Assembly: GCA_964016885.1 (NCBI GenBank)
Contig: OZ024742.1
Coordinates: forward strand, 131,378,001-131,442,000
DNA: 64,000 nt
DNA from: Eledone cirrhosa
Taxonomy: Eukaryota
Direction of reading: 5' to 3'
Shown: piece after piece, positions 18,154 through 34,089 of the stretch
How positions within the stretch are numbered: the first letter of the stretch is position 1
Layout: every line of letters begins with the position of its first letter
Position numbers and translations under genes: made by a program
The notes under the pieces: model-generated
The model's input: only the letters and a program-made list of their open reading frames with translations
Told to the model about the DNA's origin: nothing
Database searches by the model: none

Positions 18154-18264
18154 GTATGTATATATATATGTATGTATATATATATATATATGTATGTATA
18201 TATATATATATATGTATGTATATATATATATATATGTATGTATATATATATGTATGTATATATG

Positions 18265-18324
<60 letters not shown>

Positions 18325-18340
18325 TGTATGTATGTATGTA

Positions 18341-18398
<58 letters not shown>

Positions 18399-18436
18399 TG
18401 TATGTATGTATGTATGTATGTATATATATATGTATA

Positions 18437-18477
<41 letters not shown>

Positions 18478-18478
18478 G

Positions 18479-18576
<98 letters not shown>

Positions 18577-18713
18577 TGTATATATATGTATATATATGTA
18601 TATATATGTATATGTATGCATATATATATATATGTATGCATATATATATATATGTATGCATATATATATATATGTATGCATATATATATATGTATGTATA
18701 TATATATATATGT

Positions 18714-18744
<31 letters not shown>
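17748..18744. repeat. (TA)n/(TATG)n microsatellite
   Basis: Direct reading. Confidence 0.95.
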
Positions 18745-19699
18745 ACAGGACCCTCTGTGTTCAGAGAACGTGAGGCCGCCTGTGAGAGGTGGGACCGGCT
18801 GGGACTTAGCCCAGCAGACGTCCCTCTTCCTTCTCCCCCTGTTGACGTCAAGTGTCTCCGACGCACTTGGGATGCCATCCAGTGCAGCCTGGCCTCAGAT
18901 AGGCTCACGCGCCAGCTCGACCAGCACCGCCTTGCTTGTTTTCGTGCGGCCTCCAAACCCCACAGTGGTGCCTGGCTCCATGCCCTCCCCTCCTTCTCCA
19001 CTGGCACGCAGCTAGACAACCATAGCCTGCGAATCAGTGTTTCCCTGAGGTTCAGCCTCCGGGGTTGCCAGCCACACCAATGTCGCTGCGGTTCCACCGT
19101 GGACTCTTTCGGCCTCCACCCGCTTTCCTGTCGCCACAGTGCCGGCTGCATGCTACCCTCAACGAGGTCATTAAGCATGCTTGGACGCTACAGGCTTCCC
19201 TTCCCAGCTGGAGACGGTGGGGCTGGATCGAGGGGACGGCAAAAGCCCAGATGGCATGACCATTTTCCCGTTCCGGGGTGGCAAACCCCTCGTCTGGGAT
19301 GCCACTTGCACCGACACTTTCTGGAGCCGCAATCTGGTGAGTCTGCGACTGACCCAGGTTCTGCTGCACGTCGGGCTGAGGGGGCTCAAATACCGGTCGC
19401 TCTCCGACAGGATTGCGGTCGTTCCCCTGGCAGTAGAGACTGCTGGTGTTCTCGGCCCCAGGGCTACCTTCTTACTCACCACCATAGGCGCTGAGCTGGC
19501 CAGCCGCAGGTGTGAGCCCCGCGAGTTGGAGTGGCTTTTTCAGCGCGTCTCCCTTGCCGTCATCCGGGGAAACGCCTTCTCCATTCTGTCCGCCGGGGCT
19601 GTGCGTGGGTCCCATCGCGTACCAATACATTAGTTAAATACCATTCTTTCATCTGATATATCTCTTAACTATATGCTGGAGAGCCAGCACGTATGCACA

Positions 19700-19702
<3 letters not shown>
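18745..19702 (+). mobile_element. 5'-truncated CRE-like non-LTR retrotransposon (zinc knuckle + restriction-like endonuclease)
   Basis: [22 protein letters not shown]; [22 protein letters not shown]; PLAVET.G..QRVSLAVIRGNA; frameshifted; (TA)n on both sides. Confidence 0.85.
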
Positions 19703-19752
<50 letters not shown>

Positions 19753-19755
19753 TAT

Positions 19756-19820
<65 letters not shown>

Positions 19821-19823
19821 TAT

Positions 19824-19904
<81 letters not shown>

Positions 19905-19907
19905 TAT

Positions 19908-19962
<55 letters not shown>

Positions 19963-19967
19963 TATAC

Positions 19968-20008
<41 letters not shown>
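19703..20008. repeat. (TA)n microsatellite
   Basis: Direct reading. Confidence 0.95.
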
Positions 20009-20012
<4 letters not shown>

Positions 20013-20255
20013 ACAATATATTTAGAAACACACAGATACATGCGGACACACACATATATACATGAATGCATCCGCACCCAACTGTGAGTTAAGGGTGCCA
20101 ACTCCACCGATGTTGCTCAATGAATGACTGGGACAGACCAATTCAGTTGAACTAGACTGAACCAGTATCAGAGTTAAAATTACATTATGAAGAGAGAAGA
20201 AACATTTAGATATAATTAGTAATAAAATTTATCATACCTAAACTGCTCCTAAATT

Positions 20256-20343
20256 CCTCGACTACGTAGTTTCGTGGCATAAACAAAAACAATATATCAT
20301 AAAGATATAGAGTCCCTGCGAGGTCTGCCGACTTATCAAGAGG
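20256..20343 (-). ncRNA. Degenerate hammerhead with long helix II
   Basis: Minus: cctc-TTGATAA-gtcggca..tgccac-GAAA-ctacgtag-TC-gagg; core has two substitutions from CTGATGA. Confidence 0.55.
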
Positions 20344-20427
20344 ATACCTTATTTTACTAGTCTCAAGAACGCGTCTACACGACGTGAGAAAGAATCCCAA
20401 TATATATATATATTTATGTATATATAA

Positions 20428-20458
<31 letters not shown>

Positions 20459-20467
20459 AATATATAT

Positions 20468-22035
20468 ACAATATTAAATAAATGGAAACTATATTTATAA
20501 AACCATATTTATTTCATTATATATATTTCAGGGATATCATATTAACAATATGCTATGCCTTCCTCAGACAAAATACAATATAAACAGTTTTATAGATAAA
20601 TAGATTTGACATACCGTAACAACATCGACTTGTATTTGAAAAGTTGAATTGGCAGTGAAAAAATTGTACACAGAGAGAAAGAAAGAGAGAAAAAAAAGAG
20701 AGAAAAAAGGAAAGAAAGACAGAAGACGAAGAAAAAGAAGAAAAAAAAAGAAGAAATGCATGGAACAAAATAGAGGGATGGAAAGATAGATAAAGAGAAG
20801 AACTTCATGTAAAGAAACAGAGAGAGATATATATATATAGAGAGAGAGGAAATAGAGATAGATATATATATATAGAAAACTAGGTAGTGGGACGTCCGTT
20901 GAGTAAACGTATCAATGATACATTTATTTATTTATTTATTTATTTAACTCTAGTATTAATGTAAGGGAGATATATGTGGTTAGGAGAGAAACCAGCTGTT
21001 ATATAGAGAGAAAAATTAAAAATAACCAGACATAGGCGAGGCATAAAAACCCTATGTTTTAATGTAGAGGTATTAGTATGTATAAAAACCAGCCACTATA
21101 TTGTAAATATCAGTATTCCTGAATGAGACATGTATCCATAATGTGTGAAAAGTAATGATCTTATGTTTAGTTTTTTTAAAAAAAATTCATATGTTTATGT
21201 GATAACTACAAACATGATCAACTCTTTTTTTAAAAAAACTAAACATAAGATCATTACTTTTCACACATTATGGATACATGTCTCATTCAGGAATACTGAT
21301 ATTTACAATATAGTGGCTGGTTTTTATACATACTAATACCTCTACATTAAAACATAGGGTTTTTATGCCTCGCCTATGTCTGGTTATTTTTAATTTTTCT
21401 CTCTATATAACAGCTGGTTTCTCTCCTAACCACATATATCTCCCTTACATTAATACTAGAGCTAAATAAATAAATAAATAAATAAATGTATCATTGATAC
21501 GTTTACTCAACGGACGTCCCACTACCTAGTTTTCTATATATATATATCTATCTCTATTTCCTCTCTCTCTCTCTATATATATATATCTCTGTTTCTTTAC
21601 ATGAAGTTCTTCTCTTTATCTATCTTTCCATCCCTCTATTTTGTTCCATGCATTTCTTCTTTTTTTTTTCTTCTTTTTCTTCGTCTTCTGTCTTTCTTTC
21701 CTTTTTTCTCTCTTTTTTTCTCTCTTTCTTTCTCTCTGTGTACAATTTTTTCACTGCCAATTCAACTTTTCAAATACAAGTCGATGTTGTTACGGTTTGT
21801 CAAATCTATTTATCTATAAAACTGTTTATATTGTATTTTGTCTGAGGAAGGTATAGCATATTGTTAATATGATATCCCTGAAATATATATAATGAAACAA
21901 ATATGGTTTTATAAATATAGTTTCCATTCATTTAATATTGTAAATATACTCCAAATACTTGTCGAGTGCTTTTATATCAGTTATAAATATTTACTAGTTG
22001 TAACCCAACAATTTAAATATAACTTTCCATATAAA
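20468..22035. mobile_element. ~1.47 kb near-perfect palindrome of a hammerhead-bearing repeat (family F; probable PLE 3' end)
   Basis: 20468-21186 is the reverse complement of 21224-21941; CTGAGGA(21842)..GAAA(21880) motif; same family at 32729-33191. Confidence 0.85.
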
Positions 22036-22067
22036 TATATATATATATTTATATATATATTTATATA

Positions 22068-22108
<41 letters not shown>

Positions 22109-22130
22109 TTATTCATATATATATATAGAG

Positions 22131-22311
22131 AGAGGAAAAAGTATGACTCCGACGGCAGAACTCTAGCCGTTTCAGTCCAGAAATAGCCGCCGAAACGGCT
22201 AGAGCTCGGCCGTCAGGGGTCATACTTTTTCCTATTTCCCACTCTACTACCCTAAGTATTGAGTACTGTGGTGGGTTATGGTCCATCTGGTTTCTTACCA
22301 CAATTCCTTTG

Positions 22312-22313
<2 letters not shown>
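22131..22313 (+). mobile_element. Short repeat family E with inverted 5' piece
   Basis: 22133-22173 is the reverse complement of 22192-22233; matches 15597-15741. Confidence 0.7.
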
Positions 22314-22388
<75 letters not shown>

Positions 22389-22546
22389 TTCTTTATTTTT
22401 AAATTACTTTATTGCTATCTTCCATTTCGTCAATTCTGTGCCTTATTTGTACGTATAAGCTTCTCTGAATTATACTATAAGCAATATTGTTCATTGAGTT
22501 GTAATATATATTACTGACTTATTTTTATATATATATTGTCTATGTG

Positions 22547-22635
<89 letters not shown>

Positions 22636-22638
22636 GTA

Positions 22639-22786
<148 letters not shown>

Positions 22787-25699
22787 TGCATGTATATATG
22801 TGTGTGTATGTCTGTGTTTGTGTGCTTATGTGTCTGTAAAGTAAATGTGGGTCTTTCTACCGTCTATCGTTTTTTAAATAATTTCATTACAAACAATGAA
22901 AGTTTCATTTATGTACATAAATGTTTATTTAATTTACTTCATTATATTTAAATCGTTCTTATTATTGGTTATTCAATTTACTTAAGAAATATTCTAAATA
23001 TATATTTACAATATATTGTGTGGTATTGCACTTGTGATAAAAGATGCATTTTTCTAATTTAAAATAAGCGTTGCCAATTATTACTTCAATTTTATAATGG
23101 AATTTTATCAAATTTGATTTGTAAGTTCTACATTTTGTTGATCCATTGTGTTTCCTCAGAATTTATAAACATTTTTATTAAATTTTCTGTTTGAAAGTAA
23201 AATTGAACGAATTGTATTTATACTTTATTTAATTTCATCCCCTTTTTTTATAGTATAAACATGTGATGAAGGAAAAAAAAAACTTTAACCCTAAACGCTA
23301 TCATATTCATAGAACCTTATTAACCCTAATAAAAATCCACTAATGGCGTTAGAAGCATGAGTTTAATTTTGCCTTTCAGCCTTCTAAGAGTGCCTGTTTA
23401 ATATTGTTGTCAAATTTTCCTCTATATCTCTTTCTAACTTACTTTATATATTCATCCATCTCTCTATCAATCTCTGCATTTATCTGGAAGAAATAGGCAG
23501 CATTTCGACGTGGAAAAGAATAGGCCCCCTCAATGAATATCCATATACGTACCAAATCCTTATGGTACCCCTGCGACTCCATCAGTAATAAAAAGTCCAT
23601 AGACGGATAGTGCATTGGGGAGATTATCATAATAAATCTAAATTTATTATCATAGCCAGCAATTCCCTATAAAATAAATGTTTGCATACGTGTCTATATT
23701 CCAACATTTTGATACATTATTTTGTTTTCTTTGTTGTCAAAATGTTGAACATTTTATATCATTGAATATTTATGATACTTTGAAATTTAACATATATAGC
23801 AAATTATCTCATAATTTCAATAGTCTTGCAAACTACAATTTGAAATATATATGCATACATGATGATTGCTTCATTTTGCCAGTTGATAGCCATCTCAGCA
23901 TCACCTCAATCCTTCCTGCAAGTCTATATTTGCAAGAAGATGACTACTCAATACAGCGTAAAAGGGAAGACCAAGACCCCACCCACATGCGCTGATAACA
24001 TTGCAAATTAGGACACAGTAGCACAGGTGCTTGGAGAGACGTGACTACTCCCGGATGTACTACATCTCCAGAAGTGATGAAGTTACGAACGTGGCGGTAA
24101 TTTCTTGGCACAAATTTGGGTGACACCTTCATAGCTGCTACAGTAAGCCCAATGTCTATATGGTGCAAAGATGTCAGTCACAGCTTGCCTTTGCTGGAGA
24201 GATAGAATGGCAGATGCGAAGATTGTAAAGAGAGATCTGTATATGATGGTTTATTGTGAAAGATGCTTCTACAACACGAGTACCCCTCTCTATGTCTCGG
24301 TCATTATTATCTGATAACACACCTTAGAAAGATGAGCAGTAAACATGTAAACTGCAATTTTCAATTCAAAGCTTCCCTCTCTTAGAAGAAGACCATAACA
24401 ACAGGTCGGGGTTCTTTATTCCCAGTGAAAGAACTGCATGTCCTGACACCAATTAAGGGGATTTCTGAGATCCCATCCACAGACAGCTATCATAATTATG
24501 ATTAAGGAGACACACCTACTCCGCTTTTGAAGTCAAAGTGACAGTTCTCTAAGACTAAATGCCACCAATATTTGCCGAATCCTGTCTACCCGGAACAATT
24601 GGTTTTAAGGCAGCAGTCGCTCGCCTTTATCCTTTCACATTGTTTGTTTTAAACATCTTCGTCGCGGAAGGCTAGGAGCTGGACTTCGGTTATCACCGCC
24701 TATATGAGAGGCAAGACATTTTCAGTATTTTAGTAGAGAGTAGTTTCTCAGACCTACTTCCATCCAATATACATACATACATTACTTGACGCAAGCTGTC
24801 GTACATATAACTTGGGAGACTATTCAATTTCAGATGAATACTATATCTAACCGTAATGACGCAACTACCAATCTTGTTAAATAATTAGATATTCTGTTGA
24901 TGATATTCACTGAAGAAATGTTTTATTTAAAATCGCAGAGATATCCGTATAAATATTGAATTCACTTTACGAGGATTTGCTACAATCGAAATGGATGAAC
25001 ACGACGACATCGACAACATCGAATCGAAGAAAAACAGCGAAAAAGTTAAAAAGAATATCTTTAGCTTTTGTTACACAAGGAACGCAAACTATAAAACACG
25101 TTTCTCTTGGAGCAACGAAATAAATAACTACATATTGAAGTGTTTTTAAAATGGCAAAACAATCCCTCTGTTGACTACATGAACAGAATTCTGTTGACTA
25201 CATGAAGCTTCAATTCACCCAGGGCTAAATAGTTTCACGCCAACAATCAACCTTTGTCGAACGTAAAAATGACATAAACATTATTCAAAACAATAGTGTG
25301 AGTGTGAAACCCTTAGCAATAACAACAGGATGTGAGAACTCTTCTAGACACAAGATGTCGCCATGTGACTAAGCTTATTTTGTAGCCACGTCGACCATTA
25401 ACAAGACACAACAGAAAAACATGTCAGCGACAAATTTGACACCCGGTGTACCAACGCGTCTGGACTAAAACGTAACTGAATTGGGATCATTGGAGTAAAT
25501 GTAGCTCCTTAATTCGTATGTTACAAATTGCCAGAATATTTGGAAAAATCAAAATCTGTAAAACATTCCTAATATTCAAAGGAAGAACAATTGTACGAGG
25601 GATGACGGAAATTTCTTTTTCTATACAACCCAGGCTCTTGAAAGATAACCAGTGAAACTTAAGCACGGATATAAATGAAATAGGACCCCCTGCTCACAC

Positions 25700-25885
<186 letters not shown>

Positions 25886-26179
25886 ATATATATATATAAA
25901 TATATATGTGTGTGTGTTTGTGCATGTATTTGTGTTGTGCATGTGTGTCTGTGTGTGTGTCTAAGGCCGTCAATTGCCTTAACTTGAACGGAAACAAATC
26001 TACTGCAATCCAATGCTACCCTCGAACTGAAGCAAATGCGATTCACAACCCTGAATTCAACACAACACACCAGACCGCATATTTACCTTTCCAATCCTTA
26101 AATGTGGATTTAATATGTCTATGTCTGCACACACACAAACACACAAACACACAAGTATATATATACACACACACACACA

Positions 26180-26605
26180 CTCACAACGAACACTTTACTA
26201 CTACTACTACACAGACACACACACATATATTTGTTGTGAAAGAGTCATTTCTCAGTCTTGGCGCAAAATCAATTTTTTACATTCACATGACCTCTACCGA
26301 CCAATCAAAATTGTTTTGACCACAAGAATTTTTGCAACACGAATTGGCGCAAAAACCTATTTTAATACCGCTGGAGCCACTTTTTTAACATGAAAACAGG
26401 TAGAATTCCCAAAACTAATCAGATCAGAGCAAACATCACGGACGCTCTATCTCAAAATTATTTTTGAAAAGCATTTAGAAATGCGCAACCGGTAAAACTT
26501 AAAACCAAAACTTAATACTAACCAATACAATTACTAATTCTCACTTATTCCTAATTAAACTATTTTTCACTGTGAACAATTTGTCAGCATTTTCTATTCC
26601 GTTTA

Positions 26606-26608
<3 letters not shown>
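26180..26608 (-). mobile_element. Non-autonomous Helitron-like repeat, 5' part
   Basis: High similarity to 56170-56555 (GACCAATCAAAATTG..AGAGCAAACATCACG..AATTTGTCAGCATTTTC). Confidence 0.55.
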
Positions 26609-28620
<2,012 letters not shown>

Positions 28621-28763
28621 TCTTACTCTCCCCTCTCACTCCCTCATTGGCATTATGCATATTAATTTAAGTTTGCCGTCGTTGACATGGGCGGAGTCGT
28701 TTGAAACCTATTAACCAATGATAATCTAGAATTATGACACACGGAATACTGACATTGTTGAAA

Positions 28764-28832
<69 letters not shown>

Positions 28833-28913
28833 GGTGTTGGATACTTAAAGCATCCGTATGAGGTAGGCCGTTTGAGCACTCGGTGATCTCATAGAGCAGT
28901 GTATGATATCTCA

Positions 28914-29230
28914 ATATAAAGAGAATCAGTGTTGCGACGAATGGAATTTATTGAACATATTACAATCGTTTCACTGGCGACCAGCTCGAAGCACAAACGA
29001 TGTGATGATCGAGCTTGACCCTGAAAATCTAAGACGACAGGCGAAGCATATCGATGTAAAAGGACATTAGGAAAATCTGCTTCGTAGAATCAAGACGTAT
29101 CCGAGGACCTTGAGATTTTCAGAGTCAGGCTCGATCATCACATCAATCGTGCCTCGAGCTGGTTGCAAGAGAAACGATTGTAATATGTTCAATAAATTCC
29201 ATTCGTCGCAACTCTGATTCTCTTTTTATT
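28914..29230. repeat. Inverted repeat (~120 bp arms, ~75 bp spacer); MITE or fold-back retro-insert
   Basis: 28914-29032 is the reverse complement of 29110-29230. Confidence 0.75.
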
Positions 29231-29231
29231 A

Positions 29232-29267
<36 letters not shown>

Positions 29268-29268
<1 letters not shown>

Positions 29269-29402
29269 AATGGAAAATAATGAAATGAAATTTAATTTCT
29301 CACTCTTAGTACGGCTGATACTTAAATGTAAGTATGTATACGTACTTACATATATGTATACAGACGTACAGTAGTATGTATATATATATATATACATACA
29401 TG

Positions 29403-29459
<57 letters not shown>

Positions 29460-30369
29460 GTATGTGTTTAGCGGACATTTATTATAATGTTCGTTTTTTT
29501 TGTAAACAAATAGCCCGAATTAAGCCGTACAGTGTTCGCCAACCATCGTCGCCCTTTTGTTCAACACTGACAAAGGAACGTATATATACTTACATTTAAG
29601 TATTAGTAGTACTAAGAGTGAGAAATGAAATTTCATTTCATTCTTTTCCATTTATCGTTTTCGGTACGCCCGGCCGACTAACTCACTCGATATGCAAATT
29701 AGGCTGCTCAGTCGTTAATATGCATAAGGAAAGTATATACTTTCAACCGTTCAATCATTTGACAGGAAGGTATACGATGCTGACTATAGCTAATAAGCTT
29801 GAAACTAGTTCATCGTTCCTTTCTCAGTGTTGAACAAAAGGGCGACGATGGTTGCCGAACACTGTACGGCTTAATTCGGGCTGTTTGTTTACAAACAAAC
29901 CGAACATTATAATAAATGTTCCGTAAAACCATACGTACGTATATATATATATGTGTGCATGTATGTATATATATATATATACATACTACTGAACATCTGT
30001 ATACATATATGTATGTATACATACTTACATTTAAGTATCAGCCGTACTAGGAGTGAGAAATGAAATTTCATTTCATTCTTTTCCATTTATCGTTTTCGGT
30101 ACGCCCGGCCGACTAACTCACTCGATATGCAAATTAGGCTGCTCAGCCCTTAATATGCATAAGAAAAGTATATACTTTCAAACGTTTAATCATCTGACAG
30201 GAAGGTATACGATGCAGACGATAGCTAATAAGCTTCAAACTAGTTCATCGTTCCTTTCTCAGTGTTGAACAAAAGGGCGACGATGGTTGTCGAACACTGT
30301 ACGGCTTAAGTCGGGCTGTTTGTTTACAAACAAACCGAACATTATAATAAATGTTTGGTAAACCCATAC

Positions 30370-30372
<3 letters not shown>
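29268..30372 (+). mobile_element. Hammerhead family B: inverted piece followed by two tandem 435-bp units
   Basis: 29590-29940 repeats at 30025-30372 (period 435); 29268-29580 is an inverted copy; no convincing ORF. Confidence 0.85.
29774..29816 (+). ncRNA. Minimal type-I hammerhead (family B, copy 1)
   Basis: acgatg-CTGACTA-tagc taataa gctt-GAAA-ctag-TT-catcgt. Copy 2 at ~30209-30251 reads CAGACGA..CAAA, so the two-copy consensus is CTGACGA..GAAA. Confidence 0.7.
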
Positions 30373-30453
<81 letters not shown>

Positions 30454-30454
30454 A

Positions 30455-30830
30455 AAACAAATAACGAAACGAAATTAAATTTCGTTTCGTTTGTAACTCA
30501 CTTTTGTATGACTGACGCTTAAACAATTAAGTTAAAAATGTACATCCACATATGTATACTGAAATACTAGTATGCATATGAATACACACACGTGTACATA
30601 TGTAGATGTACCGAGTTTTTCACTGGACACTTTACTGTGAGTGTCCAGCTATTCTGTATGTAAACACACAGACAAACCGGTTTTTAGAGTCATACTGGTT
30701 TTCGAGGAAACACCTTTCCTCTATTCTCCAGAAAGCCAGACAAGGAATATTGGACTAGTTTCGATGTTGTTACATCTCATCAGCAATATTTACCTATCTT
30801 CCGGCCTTTCTACTTTTAAGTTAATTGTTT
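30455..30830 (-). mobile_element. Short hammerhead element family D (related 3' end to family B)
   Basis: Minus 3' end TTTAAGCGTCAGTCATACAAAAGTGAG..GAAACGAAATTTAATTTCGTTTC resembles family B TTTAAGTATCAGCCGTACTAAGAGTGAGAAATGAAATTTCATTTC. Confidence 0.65.
30746..30790 (-). ncRNA. Canonical minimal type-I hammerhead ribozyme
   Basis: Minus: aatattg-CTGATGA-gatg taacaa catc-GAAA-ctag-TC-caatatt: 7-bp helix I, 4-bp helix II, palindromic helix III, GUC site. Confidence 0.9.
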
Positions 30831-31449
30831 ATATATATATACATACGACTGTACGTCTGTATGTACGTATACATACTTACATTTATATATTTATATATAT
30901 ATATATATACACACGTATATCATAATACTTTTTTTACAATTCTCATTTAACATTGTTTCTTGTTTCTAATCCACATAAATCCGATAATTTGGTTTTCAAT
31001 GGAGGCCGTCTTTAAACGTAAAATATCTATTTAGAAGCAATCTAAATATTTGATAGTTTTATTTCAGAAAATATCCGTTTTCACGAAAATATTTAATAAA
31101 GAAAGATATATATGAATTTATATTAAAAAAAAAATTATTTTGACATTATGCATTACACATATAGATTTAGTTTCTCTTCTTTGCGTTTAATTATTTTAAA
31201 TTTCTCTTAATATCTATTTTAAAATATCTCCACTGGGTAATATGCCAACATCTACCTGATGAGAGGTTCAGAAAGTTAGAGAGGCAGAATGAGTGAACGA
31301 AAGAATGTGACAAACTTTAATTAGCTGGTTCCTGTTACCGTTGGCTATTACATTTTCGTACACATACATAAATCAGCTAATATCATCCATTATACTTACA
31401 CACGTGTTCGCTTAATTTACTCGTAAAGAGCATGATATAAAGAAAGAAT

Positions 31450-32330
31450 CCAACCAATTACTGGCAAAATGAAAAGATGTCAAAGTAGATATTGAAAGAT
31501 TTTGAACTCAGATGGTAGAGAGTCAGAACAAATACCATAATGTATTGTATCCGGCGTTCTGTCAGTTTCAACATATTTAATGAACAACAAGAAAAAATAA
31601 CGACAAAACTCTCACACATTACACACATAAATATACATAAATATACAGCTTGTTGTGCAATATGTTCACATATGCATCAAAAATATTTAAAACATACACA
31701 TATTCGGGATTTACTCAATAACAGAATAATCGCCATTATACATCAGTATAACTGCGACTGAAGTTTTAGTTACATAATAAGTACGAACAATATTTTGTGG
31801 AATAGGCGCAGGCATGGGTGTGTTGGTAAGGAGTTCACTTCGCAACCACACGAGTGATATTCACAATGACGTAGGGACCCCGCCAGATCAATTAATTGAA
31901 GTTAATCTCTTCGGTAAATAAATAAAGCGGCACCTAGCAGCAAATTTTACCAACTCATAAAAGAAAAGTGTTGTAATTACAAGAAATTAGGAATTAACCA
32001 CCCAAAATTAGTTTAATACTTACGGGAAAATAGTCTGATATTTGCAGGTAAAGGACAACTATGTACATGTTCCACTCTACCATACTATATAAAGATATGG
32101 GAAGGACCACTGTTAGTTTCAACGATGAGCTTTCCAGTTGTTCGATCAACAGAACAACCCACTCGTGAAATTACCGTCCAAGTGGCTGAGTGTCCCAAAG
32201 TCACGTGTACTCATAAAGTAACCCTTATGGATATTTTGTATGCCTGACAAGTTTGGCCCTTCGAGTACAGGTACAATACATCCGAAGCGCTTCCAAACAT
32301 TTTCCGTCTACCCAATTTCACCCGTATAGC
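31450..32330. mobile_element. Decayed SINE fragments
   Basis: Minus SINE remnant 31450-31570 (TTTGAACTCAGA); tRNA-like head at 31804 and tail-like region 32100-32330. Confidence 0.45.
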
Positions 32331-32631
32331 CTGGTAAATAACAATTGTTCTAGATGCCAAGCAATAAAATCGAAACAAAACCAAAGTTTGCGAAGCAAAC
32401 TTGCTATCTACTTATACCATGCCGGATTTACGTCGCTAAAATAGGTTTTCTTTTTACTCACAGAAAATGTGTTACAATCAATATAATTACAATCAATATA
32501 ATTTGCATAAGAGGCAGCTATTTGTCAGAGTCATTAGAATTTCGAACAGAATATTACGCGACCATAATAATAGTCGTTCAGTATGAATAATATTTGAGAA
32601 CAGAATCCCCGTCTACATTTACGTTTTATAT

Positions 32632-32684
<53 letters not shown>

Positions 32685-32728
32685 CATGTATATATAAATA
32701 TATATATATATATAATATATATATATAT

Positions 32729-33191
32729 ATGGAAAGTTATATTTAAAATTGTTGGGTTACAACTAGTAAATATTTATAACTGGTATAAAAGCACTCGACA
32801 AATATTTGGAGTATATTTACAATATTAAATAAATGGAAAACTATATTTATAAAACCATATTTATTTCATTATATATATTTCGGGGATATCATATTAACAA
32901 TATGGTATGCCTTCATCAGACAAAATACAATATAAACAGTTTTATAGACAAATAGGTTCGACATACCGTTATAACACCGACTTCATTTGAAGAGGTTTAC
33001 TCTGGCTGTCTAAACCTCTTCAAATGAAGTCGGTGTTATAACGGTATGTCGAACCTATTTGTCTATAAAACTGTTTATATTGTATTTTGTCTGATGAAGG
33101 CATAGCATATTGTTAATATGATATCCCCGAAATATATATAATGAAATAAATATGGTTTTATAAATATAGTTTTCCATTTATTTAATATTGT
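32729..33191. mobile_element. Family F copy forming a ~370 bp palindrome with hammerhead motif
   Basis: 32818-32998 is the reverse complement of 33011-33191; CTGATGA at 33091, GAAA at 33129. Confidence 0.85.
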
Positions 33192-33256
33192 ATATATATA
33201 TATATATATTATATAATATATATATATATATATATTATATAATATATATATATTAT

Positions 33257-33299
<43 letters not shown>

Positions 33300-33385
33300 T
33301 ATATATAATATATATATATATAATATATATATATATATAATATATATATATATAATATATATATATATAATATATATATATATAT

Positions 33386-33417
<32 letters not shown>

Positions 33418-33525
33418 ATATAATATATAATATTATATATATAATATATATATAATATATAATATTATATATATAATATATATATAATATATAATATTAT
33501 ATATATAATATATATATATATATAA

Positions 33526-33583
<58 letters not shown>

Positions 33584-33633
33584 TATATATATAATATATA
33601 ATATTATATATATAATATATATATATATAATAT

Positions 33634-33674
<41 letters not shown>

Positions 33675-33990
33675 TATATTATATATATATATATAATATT
33701 ATATATATATATATAATATTATATATATATATATAATATTATATATATATATATATAATATTATATATATATATATATATATAATATTATATATATATAT
33801 ATAATATTATATATATATATATATATATAATATTATATATATATATATATATAATATTATATATATATATATAATATTATATATATATATATATATATAA
33901 TATTATATAATTATATATATAATATTATATATATATATATAATATTATATAATTATATATATAATATTATATAATATTATATATAATATA
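33192..33990. repeat. (TA)n microsatellite with TAAT/ATTA interruptions
   Basis: Direct reading. Confidence 0.95.
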
Positions 33991-34089
33991 TAATAAAGTA
34001 CCAGTAATGCACTGGGTGATTGCTGGTCTTGTGCCTAAAGTAGAAACAATTATATATATATATATAATATTATATATATATATATATAT

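Noticed and set aside
23284-23330. TTAACCCTAA telomere-like words
   Set aside because: Only two isolated units; not an array.
23440-24650. Possible decayed Ty3/Gypsy pol on minus (APVLLCP, YSFP)
   Set aside because: Motifs too degenerate to support by eye; needs tBLASTn/HMM.
28914-29230. Hammerhead within this inverted repeat
   Set aside because: GAAAC..GTA is present but no CTGANGA half could be placed.
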